Assembly: GCA_015064845.1 (NCBI GenBank)
Contig: SVRL01000007.1
Coordinates: 1,790 to 65,789, forward strand
DNA from: Oscillospiraceae bacterium
GTDB taxonomy: Bacteria > Bacillota > Clostridia > Oscillospirales > CAG-272
DNA length: 64,000 nt
Reading direction: 5' to 3'
Part shown: in pieces, positions 18,016 through 25,502 of the stretch
How the letters are laid out: each line of letters opens with the position of its first letter
How positions within the stretch are numbered: the first letter of the stretch is position 1
Notes under the pieces: generated by a model
Told to the model about the DNA's origin: nothing
What the model saw: only the letters and a program-made list of their open reading frames with translations
Databases searched by the model: none
Translations under genes and position numbers: made by a program

Positions 18016-18219
18016 ATAAGAAATTGTGCAATTTAAACCTCGCCGTTTGCATTATTTGGATACAAGCAAAACTTGGATAGGCGAGCAACTTCGAGTGGGC
18101 GTTGCTCACTTTTTTATACTATAGGAAATTACGCAATTTAAACCTCGCCGTTTGCATTATTTGGATACAAGCAAAGCTTGAATAGGCGAGCAACTTCGAG
18201 TGGGCGTTGCCCACTTTTT
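18016..18219 (+). repeat. Tandem direct repeat, 2 x about 105 bp (copies U3 and U4), each ending in a hairpin plus T-run
   Basis: Units at 18016-18115 and 18121-18219 are near-identical: ...GCAATTTAAACCTCGCCGTTTGCATTATTTGGATACAAGCAAA(A/G)CTTG(G/A)ATAGGCGAGCAACTTCGAGTGGGCGTTGC(T/C)CACTTTTT. Confidence 0.9.
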
Positions 18220-18331
18220 ATGTCATACTTGTATAACAATATGGAAGTTGGACAAAACTAATCGGGAAGACTTCTTGACATTTTGATTTTTGACATATAA
18301 AATCATTTCAAAATATTAAGGGAGAAAAATC

Positions 18332-19021
18332 ATGAAAAAAATTATTACGGTACTGCTTCTTGCGGGAATGATCTTATCATTTGCATCTTGCATAAACAGG
18401 GGTAAGGATTCTACGACCGAGTCTTCTTCGCAGGATTCCGCAAACAGCGGAAATATTTCTCCGGGGGCGGTTACTACGACGGCGGAAGGCGTACTTGAAA
18501 GCGCATTTGAGATGTTTTTAACCAATATGACGTCTGTTTACGGCGTGAATTCCGCAGAGGAAGTAAAATCTTATTTTGTCGGAACGGAAATGCAGACGGT
18601 AACGGAAAAAAATGAAGATACAGGCGAGGAATTTTCTTACGAAATGCCGAAAAATGAACCCGGTGCACTTTCATTGGCGGATCCGGATGAAGTACAGAAT
18701 CAAACGATGTTTCCTTTGGATTCCATAGATCGGATTCAAAATGCGGCAATTTTTTATAATTTGATGAATATGAATAACGGAACGTTTTCCGCTTTTAAGC
18801 TCAAAAACGCAGAGGATGTACCTGTGCTTGCTGACCGTGTTCAAAGCAATATCAAAAGCAATCAATGGATCTGCGGTTTTCCCGAACGCTTTTTGATTAT
18901 GCGCGTGGATGACGTTTTGGTTTGCGCGTACGGTCTGGAAACTGCCATGAATGCATGGAAAACCGCTGTTACTTCTGCATATACAAATGCGGAAACGCTC
19001 TATGAAGAATCCCTCAGATAA
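18332..19021 (+). CDS. Putative lipoprotein (possibly the DUF4358 type that accompanies MBOAT/DHHW pairs)
   Basis: Signal peptide with lipobox (LSFASC). AAGGGAG RBS. The family assignment is from memory of gene neighbourhoods only. Confidence 0.8.
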   Translation: MKKIITVLLLAGMILSFASCINRGKDSTTESSSQDSANSGNISPGAVTTTAEGVLESAFEMFLTNMTSVYGVNSAEEVKSYFVGTEMQTVTEKNEDTGEEFSYEMPKNEPGALSLADPDEVQNQTMFPLDSIDRIQNAAIFYNLMNMNNGTFSAFKLKNAEDVPVLADRVQSNIKSNQWICGFPERFLIMRVDDVLVCAYGLETAMNAWKTAVTSAYTNAETLYEESLR

Positions 19022-19152
19022 AAAGTTTATCCTCATGTTTTGAGTGATATTCAACTTTAAGCTTTGATTTATAATATTGTTCAAAACCGAAGGATAATTC
19101 AAAACGGATTTCCGTAAAATGAAAATTTTTGAATGATGGGAGGCTGCGGGGC

Positions 19153-20553
19153 GTGCTTTTCTCAAGTGTTCCTTTTTTATACTATTTTTTGCCGTCTGTG
19201 CTGTTGTTGTATCTGATTGCGCCGCGATGTCTGAAAAATACGGTTCTGCTTTTGGCCAGTCTTGTTTTTTATGCGTGGGGGGAGCCGCGTTACGTTGCCG
19301 TGATGCTCGTTTCCGTAGCGCTCGGATATTTGTTCGGTCTGCTGATCGAACGATTTCGCGGGAAAACGGCGGCAAAGTTTTTTCTCGTGCTATCGGTCAT
19401 ATCTTCGCTTTCTTTTCTGATTTATTTCAAGTACGCAGATTTCTTTATCTCGAATTTCAATGCGGCAACGGGACTTTCTGTTCCTCTTTTGGAAATTGCG
19501 CTTCCCGTTGGTATCAGCTTTTATACGTTTCAGATACTCAGTTATACGGTTGACGTTTACAGGGGCGAAGTGAATGCGCAGAAAAATCCCATCAATCTTG
19601 CGGCGTATATCACGCTGTTTCCGCAGTTGATCGCGGGACCGATTGTACGATATTCAGACGTTGCCAAGCAATTGGAAAGCAGGACGCACAGCTTTGAAAA
19701 AACGGCGCAGGGAATTCGGCGCTTCATCATTGGTCTGGGTAAGAAAATTTTGATTGCCGATGCGTTGGCGGTTTTTTGCTCTGCTTTTACGGAATCCGAC
19801 GATAAATCCGTTTTGTTTTTCTGGCTGTATGCCGTTGCATTTTCTTTACAGATCTATTTTGATTTTTCGGGTTACAGCGATATGGCGATCGGTTTGGGTA
19901 AGATCTTCGGTTTTGATTTTCTTGAAAATTTCAATTATCCGTTTATTTCGGGAAGTATAACCGAATTCTGGCGCAGATGGCATATGTCTCTCGGAACGTG
20001 GTTCCGCGATTACGTCTATATTCCGCTCGGAGGAAACCGCGTTTCCAGATGGCGCGGACTTTTTAATATTTTTGTCGTTTGGATGTTAACGGGTTTCTGG
20101 CACGGCGCCGCATGGAATTTCATTTTCTGGGGACTTTTCTTTGCTGTGTGCTTGCTGGTTGAAAAATTGTGGTTGCTTCCGTATCTGAAAAAAGCAAAAG
20201 TTTGGAATCATGCTTACGTTCTGATTTTGATTTTACTCAGCTTCACTTTGTTTGCTTCCGAGGATATGAAAATGCTGGCTTTCCAGCTCAAAGGAATGTT
20301 CGGTTTATCGGGTGCGCCGCTGATTTCCGCGCAAACGGTTTATTATTTGCGCAGTTACGCCGTTATCTTTATCATTGCGATACTTGGTTCCACGCCTTTG
20401 ATAAAAAATACGTTTCTTTCCTTGCAAAAACGCGCCGTCGGAGAAAAAATTCTCGGTGCGGCGGAACCGATTGCTCTGGTTGCGTTGCTCGCTGTTATGA
20501 CGGGATATCTGGTTGACGGTTCGTTCAGTCCGTTTCTGTATTTTCGCTTTTAA
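19153..20553 (+). CDS. MBOAT-family membrane O-acyltransferase (AlgI/DltB-like)
   Basis: Multi-TM protein. The N-terminus (LFSSVPFLYYFLP) is typical of AlgI. FWRRWHMSLGTWFRDYVYIPLGG holds the catalytic His block. I prefer the GTG at 19153, 11 nt after GGGAGG, over the TTG at 19129. Confidence 0.9.
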   Translation: MLFSSVPFLYYFLPSVLLLYLIAPRCLKNTVLLLASLVFYAWGEPRYVAVMLVSVALGYLFGLLIERFRGKTAAKFFLVLSVISSLSFLIYFKYADFFISNFNAATGLSVPLLEIALPVGISFYTFQILSYTVDVYRGEVNAQKNPINLAAYITLFPQLIAGPIVRYSDVAKQLESRTHSFEKTAQGIRRFIIGLGKKILIADALAVFCSAFTESDDKSVLFFWLYAVAFSLQIYFDFSGYSDMAIGLGKIFGFDFLENFNYPFISGSITEFWRRWHMSLGTWFRDYVYIPLGGNRVSRWRGLFNIFVVWMLTGFWHGAAWNFIFWGLFFAVCLLVEKLWLLPYLKKAKVWNHAYVLILILLSFTLFASEDMKMLAFQLKGMFGLSGAPLISAQTVYYLRSYAVIFIIAILGSTPLIKNTFLSLQKRAVGEKILGAAEPIALVALLAVMTGYLVDGSFSPFLYFRF

Positions 20554-20564
20554 GGAGGCTTCTT

Positions 20565-21707
20565 ATGTCAACGAAATTCAAAAATATCACATTGGTTTGC
20601 CTTGCCTCCCTCTTTCTTTTCGGTTTTGCTTTTTGGTCGTGGTTCAAGCCTGCGGATCCTTTTTCCGAAAGCGAACGCAGAGCGCTTGCCGAAAAACCGA
20701 AGCTTTCCTTGGAGTCGGTTTTTCACGAAGATTCGGAAAAACGGTTTATGACTTTATTTGAATCGTATTCTTTGGATCAATTTCCCTTGCGCGATCTGTT
20801 TCGTACGGTAAAATCGTTTGCTTCCTTTTATATTTTTCAAAATATGGATAATAACGGTATTTACGTGCAGGACGGTTATGCGGCGCAGTTGGAATATCCC
20901 ATCAATGAAGACTCTCTTTCCTATGCGGCGGGGAAGTTCAAAGGCATTTACGACCGTTTTCTGAACGGCGGAAACGCAAAGGTATACAGCGCCGTGATTC
21001 CCGACAAAGGCTATTTTCTGGCAGAAAAAAACGGTTATCTTTCCATGGATTACGAACGCTTTTTTGAACTCTACCGTGAAAAAACGGCGTTTGCGGAATA
21101 TATTGATATCACGGGCGCGCTTTCTTTGGAGGATTATTATAAAACGGACACGCATTGGCGGCAGGAAAAAATTTCAGACGTTGCCAAAATGCTTGCGGAC
21201 GGCATGGAGATTCCGTATTCCTCCGAATACACGGAAAACGTGCTGGAGAATCCCTTTTGCGGTGTATATTACGGACAGAGCGCGCTTCCTTTGCCTGCTG
21301 AAGAAATGCGTTATATGACGGCTGCATTCATGGAAGACTGTACGGTTTACGATCATCAGAACGGAAAAGAAATTTCGTTTTACGATATGGAAAAGGCATT
21401 TGGAAAAGATCCTTATGAGATGTATCTTTCGGGAAATCTTTCCGTGGTAACGATTGAAAATCCCAATGCTTCGACAGAGCGTGAATTGATCGTGTTCCGC
21501 GATTCCTTCGGCGCGAGCTTGCTTCCGCTTCTTGCGCAGAGTTATCGGAAAATTACCGTTGTGGATATCCGTTACGTGCCGAGCGCAAATCTCGGAATAC
21601 TCCGAGACGGACGTACGAGCAAACCGTTGATTGACTTCAGAAATGCCGATGACGTCCTTTTTCTTTACAGTACGCTCGTTTTGAATAACAGCAGCGCTTT
21701 GAGATAA
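20565..21707 (+). CDS. DHHW-family protein (AlgJ/AlgX-like SGNH-type partner of MBOAT)
   Basis: N-terminal TM anchor, YYKTDTHWRQE (the DHHW-type motif) and FRDSFG. It sits immediately downstream of the MBOAT gene. Confidence 0.8.
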   Translation: MSTKFKNITLVCLASLFLFGFAFWSWFKPADPFSESERRALAEKPKLSLESVFHEDSEKRFMTLFESYSLDQFPLRDLFRTVKSFASFYIFQNMDNNGIYVQDGYAAQLEYPINEDSLSYAAGKFKGIYDRFLNGGNAKVYSAVIPDKGYFLAEKNGYLSMDYERFFELYREKTAFAEYIDITGALSLEDYYKTDTHWRQEKISDVAKMLADGMEIPYSSEYTENVLENPFCGVYYGQSALPLPAEEMRYMTAAFMEDCTVYDHQNGKEISFYDMEKAFGKDPYEMYLSGNLSVVTIENPNASTERELIVFRDSFGASLLPLLAQSYRKITVVDIRYVPSANLGILRDGRTSKPLIDFRNADDVLFLYSTLVLNNSSALR

Positions 21708-21724
21708 TACTTTTAAGGCGCGAA

Positions 21725-21759
21725 AAACCCCCGTGTTTCCGGACGCGGGGGTTTCTTTT
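21725..21759 (+). terminator. Terminator after the DHHW gene
   Basis: AAACCCCCGTG-TTTCCGGA-CGCGGGGGTTT followed by CTTTT. Confidence 0.75.
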
Positions 21760-21818
21760 CAGAGGAGTAAAAAAGCCAAAATCCTCTTGTTATCGACAAG
21801 AGGATGGCAAAAATTTGA

Positions 21819-22250
21819 TTATATTTTTTTTCTTTTGCGGTTATATTCCGATTTCGGATTCCAGATTTCGCGCCAATCCAGATCGCCTCTGTCAAGCGCG
21901 GTAATGATGGCTTCTGCGGTTGCGATATTTGTTGCGGTAGGAACGTTGCTTCTGTCACATTCCTGTATCAAAGCAGCATCCTTGAGCATGGCATCGGGAT
22001 CATCGGTTTTTTCTCTGAAATAGAGAAGAACGTCAATTTCGTTATAAGCGATACGGGAAGCAATTTGCTGAACGCCGCCTTGGCTTCCGGGCAAAAGTTG
22101 TTCGATTTCCAAACCGGTAGCTTCGGAAACGTTTTTACCCGTCATTTTGGTGGCGCAAATATTGTGTTTTGCAAGTACACCGCAGTAAGCGATACAGAAT
22201 TGTATCATGAGTTCTCTTTTGGTTTCGGAAGATATGAGTGCAATTTCCAT
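21819..22250 (-). CDS. Methylglyoxal synthase-like protein with the catalytic residues replaced
   Basis: 143 aa, colinear with MgsA. However AHD is now SSE, GGDQQ is now GGVQQ, and PHDPD is now TDDPD. Confidence 0.85.
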   Translation of the reverse strand: MEIALISSETKRELMIQFCIAYCGVLAKHNICATKMTGKNVSEATGLEIEQLLPGSQGGVQQIASRIAYNEIDVLLYFREKTDDPDAMLKDAALIQECDRSNVPTATNIATAEAIITALDRGDLDWREIWNPKSEYNRKRKKI

Positions 22251-22297
22251 GAGCGAAATCCGGCATTACCAAAGAAGGCAACGCAATCCTTTCTTTA

Positions 22298-23182
22298 TTA
22301 TTTTAATTTACGGAGTTTTTTGATATTGGCGAAAAGCTTTCTGCCTTCGCCGAGAGTTCTTGCGGCGAGATTATCAAAGGCGTTTGTGACGTTGGAACTT
22401 AAAATTTCATCAACGAGAATGCCTCTGTTACCCGCAAAGATCAGTTCGGGGTCATAGGGAATTACGCCATGTAATTTGACGGAAGTGGTGTCTATAATGG
22501 AAATGATTTCCTTTTTGGCTTTTCGAACAGAACCGCCTGCAAGCTTGTTAACGATGAGTCTTCTTTTTCCGATGCCTTTCAGCGCAAGGTAATCGGAAGT
22601 TCTTTCCGCGGCGCGGACGGCGGCTTTTGTGGGTTCTACGACGATATAAGCGGTATCTGCGACAGCGGCGGCGAATCGCAAAGGTTCGCCGATTCCGCCG
22701 GGAGTGTCGATGAAAACGAAATCAAAATTTTCTGCTTCGGTCAGCTTTCTGACTGCTTGACGGAACGCGGAAAGTTCCATGCTGTGATTGAAGCCGCGAG
22801 GCGCGGCAAGGAAATACAGGTATTCACACCGTTTATCTTGCAGAATTGCGCGTTTGTGGTCAATTCTGTTGAAAATAACATCGCTAATGTCGTAAACCAC
22901 TGCTTCGGAAAATCCTGCCACCAGATCAAGACAGCGATTTCCGAAATCGCAGTCAATCAGCAAAACGCGGCGGTTTTGTTTTGCTACAGACATGGCAAGA
23001 TTTGCGCATACCGTGGATTTCCCAACACCGCCTTTACAGGATGTAAAAAGAATGATCTTTGTTTTCAGGCAGGGGGAAACTGCGTTGGTATTTCCGTTTG
23101 GTTTGTTATCCATTCCAAAGGGCATCCTTTCCAAAATAAAGTTCTTACAGTTTATTTTACCATTTTTTATATCGTTTGTCAA
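22298..23182 (-). CDS. MinD/ParA-family P-loop ATPase (MinD paralogue)
   Basis: Deviant Walker A (SCKGGVGKST), LIDCDFGNRCLDL and FIDTPGG, plus a C-terminal amphipathic tail (KLFANIKKLRKLK). The start is uncertain: TTG at 23182 overlaps the upstream stop, and internal ATGs are possible. Confidence 0.85.
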   Translation of the reverse strand: MTNDIKNGKINCKNFILERMPFGMDNKPNGNTNAVSPCLKTKIILFTSCKGGVGKSTVCANLAMSVAKQNRRVLLIDCDFGNRCLDLVAGFSEAVVYDISDVIFNRIDHKRAILQDKRCEYLYFLAAPRGFNHSMELSAFRQAVRKLTEAENFDFVFIDTPGGIGEPLRFAAAVADTAYIVVEPTKAAVRAAERTSDYLALKGIGKRRLIVNKLAGGSVRKAKKEIISIIDTTSVKLHGVIPYDPELIFAGNRGILVDEILSSNVTNAFDNLAARTLGEGRKLFANIKKLRKLK

Positions 23183-24027
23183 TCATATTTTTTGGAATTT
23201 GCTTTTGCCGTCCGATTTTTGATATAAAAGGGAATATAAGGCAAAGCGTGAATCAGCAGATATAATACGTAAACGATCAAAACGGAAAGCCAATCGGGGG
23301 TTGCGGCTCCGATGGGCGCAAAGAAAAAGGAATTCAGCTTGAAAAACATATAATCCGAATTGATTTTTGAAAAATTTACAATGTTTGCAACAATGGAAAC
23401 CGCAAGAGCGGGAACTGCCGGTACCAGAAGTTGAAAGGCTTTGGTTGCGTTTTTGTAGGAGTGATATCCGGATTTCAGCATGACCAGAGCGCAGAAAAAG
23501 ATTGCGCCGTGATACAGAAACGTGTGAAAACCGGCGAAGGATATGCAGGAATAATTACCTAAAATATTGGCGGGGTAGAAAAAATTGACCGCGCCTCCCA
23601 AAAGACCGAGTGTGCAGACGTATCCGCAACCCATGTCGCGGATATATTTCTTTCCCCATATGGCGAGAGGCATTGCGTACATGAAAATACTGCACGGATA
23701 TAACGGTAAGATGCCGCCGAGTTCAAACTGAACGGTTTTTCCGGAATAAGTTTCCCAGAAAATTTTAACAATTTCAAGACAGGTTACCGTGATCCAGATT
23801 GCAAGAAACGTAAGTCGTATTGTTTTTTCGCTTTTCTTTGATAGTTTTAATCCGAAAAAGACGATTGCAAGCAGTACAGTCGCTGAGAATACAAAATGAA
23901 GAGGTGTGAAAAGAGAACCGGGAAGATCGGATGCGGGAGGAAGAAAATCTTTATGGGTGAAAAAATTTTTGAGGAGAAAAATAAAATCGTCCATAGTTTT
24001 TACGGAAATATCCGTTCCTTTCTGCAT
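23179..24027 (-). CDS. Polytopic integral membrane protein (YwaF/TIGR02206-like, from memory)
   Basis: 282 aa with about 7 predicted TM helices. No weak RBS is evident at either candidate start. Same operon as the MinD-like and MGS-like genes. Confidence 0.65.
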   Translation of the reverse strand: MQKGTDISVKTMDDFIFLLKNFFTHKDFLPPASDLPGSLFTPLHFVFSATVLLAIVFFGLKLSKKSEKTIRLTFLAIWITVTCLEIVKIFWETYSGKTVQFELGGILPLYPCSIFMYAMPLAIWGKKYIRDMGCGYVCTLGLLGGAVNFFYPANILGNYSCISFAGFHTFLYHGAIFFCALVMLKSGYHSYKNATKAFQLLVPAVPALAVSIVANIVNFSKINSDYMFFKLNSFFFAPIGAATPDWLSVLIVYVLYLLIHALPYIPFYIKNRTAKANSKKYD

Positions 24028-24102
24028 GCTTTTCGAAATTTCAAAGGGCTCTCGTACCCTTGTTTGATTCGCGGAAAATCCGGGGAGGCTTCGGGAATTA
24101 TT

Positions 24103-25281
24103 TTATCTGCGTCCGACGACGATGGTTTCCAAGGTTGCGAAAGCGGCATCTTCAAGCTCCTGTACGTCAACCTTTGCTTCTTCGCGTTCGACCTTGAAAA
24201 GCTCGGGGCGCGTTCTGGGGTGTCGGGGTGTGAATACGGTGCAGCAATCCTCGTAGGGAAGGATGGATGTTTCGAAGGTGTCGATCTCACGGGAAATACG
24301 GATGATCTCTTCCTTATCCATACCGATCAAAGGACGGAAAACGGGGCATTCCACAACGCTGTTGGTAACGCCGAGCGCCTGCATGGTCTGGCTTGCCACC
24401 TGACCGAGGCTTTCGCCTGTGATCAAAGCATCGCAACCGAAGGTTTTTGCGGTTCTTTCGGAAAGACGCATCATGAAACGGCGGAGCAGGAGTGTGAAAT
24501 AATCTTCTTCGCAATTATCGCGCAGAACTTCCTGAATTTCCGTGACGGAAATGATATGTACGTGGATTTCGCCCGTGAATTCGGTCAGCTTTTCCGCAAG
24601 TTCAAGAACCTTTTCTTTTGCGCGTTCACTGGTATAAGGGAAGCTTTCAAAGTGCATGGCATCGAGCTTGACACCGCGCTTTGCAATCATGAATCCCGCG
24701 ACGGGGCTGTCAATACCGCCGGAAAGGAGAAGGAGTCCTTTTCCGTTGGAACCGACGGGCATACCGCCGATGGCGCGTTCCTGGCCTGCGCAGATATAAG
24801 CGGCGTAATCACGGATCTCCACGCGGACGGTTACTTCGGGATGGTGGACGTCTACGCGTTTTCTGCCGTGGGATTCTTCCAAAATGACACCGCCGACTTC
24901 CGCGGAGATTTCGGGGGATGTGAGCGGGAACTTTTTGTCGGAACGCTTTGCTTCCACTTTGAAAGTTCTTGCATCTTCGATGTAGGGCATGAACTGCGTT
25001 CTGACGGTGTTCAGAATGGCATCCATATTTTTTTCGGTTTCGATGGCGCGGTTGATGGCGGAAATGCCGAACGTGTTTTTGGCGATGCGGTAAGCGCTGT
25101 CGATATCGGCTTCTTCGTCAAGCGGTTCGATGTAAACGGTGCTTTGCATGGAATAGATCTTGAAATTGCCGTAGGGGGCGGTTCTGCGCTTCAGAATATC
25201 ACGAAGCATTTTTTCGAAATATGAACGGTTGGCTCCCTTGAGGGAGATTTCGCCGTATTTACAAAGAATGATTTCTTTCAT
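24103..25281 (-). CDS. thiI: tRNA 4-thiouridine(8) synthase ThiI
   Basis: N-terminal ferredoxin-like/THUMP region (ILCKYGEISLKGANR) and PP-loop LLLSGGIDSPVA. Start placed at MKEII after GAAAGGA. Confidence 0.93.
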   Translation of the reverse strand: MKEIILCKYGEISLKGANRSYFEKMLRDILKRRTAPYGNFKIYSMQSTVYIEPLDEEADIDSAYRIAKNTFGISAINRAIETEKNMDAILNTVRTQFMPYIEDARTFKVEAKRSDKKFPLTSPEISAEVGGVILEESHGRKRVDVHHPEVTVRVEIRDYAAYICAGQERAIGGMPVGSNGKGLLLLSGGIDSPVAGFMIAKRGVKLDAMHFESFPYTSERAKEKVLELAEKLTEFTGEIHVHIISVTEIQEVLRDNCEEDYFTLLLRRFMMRLSERTAKTFGCDALITGESLGQVASQTMQALGVTNSVVECPVFRPLIGMDKEEIIRISREIDTFETSILPYEDCCTVFTPRHPRTRPELFKVEREEAKVDVQELEDAAFATLETIVVGRR

Positions 25282-25502
25282 TGATATTGATAATCCTTTC
25301 AAAAATAAAATTAGCAGGAAAAAACGGAAATGGCTTGCGAAGACTCCCTTTTTGTATTATAATGGAATCAATGAGAATCCGCGAAAGCCGTATATTGTTT
25401 ATTATACGCTTTCTTATTTGTAAATTCAATGCTTAATTTTAATTTTTTGATAGGAAAGGCAGAAAAAATCGGTTTTTCTCCGAGATATTTCTGATTTTTG
25501 AT

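Noticed and set aside
18016-18219. Possible CRISPR array.
   Set aside because: There are only two units and they are directly adjacent, with no unique spacers. The unit length of about 105 bp is far above CRISPR repeat size, and no cas genes are present. I report it as a tandem repeat instead.
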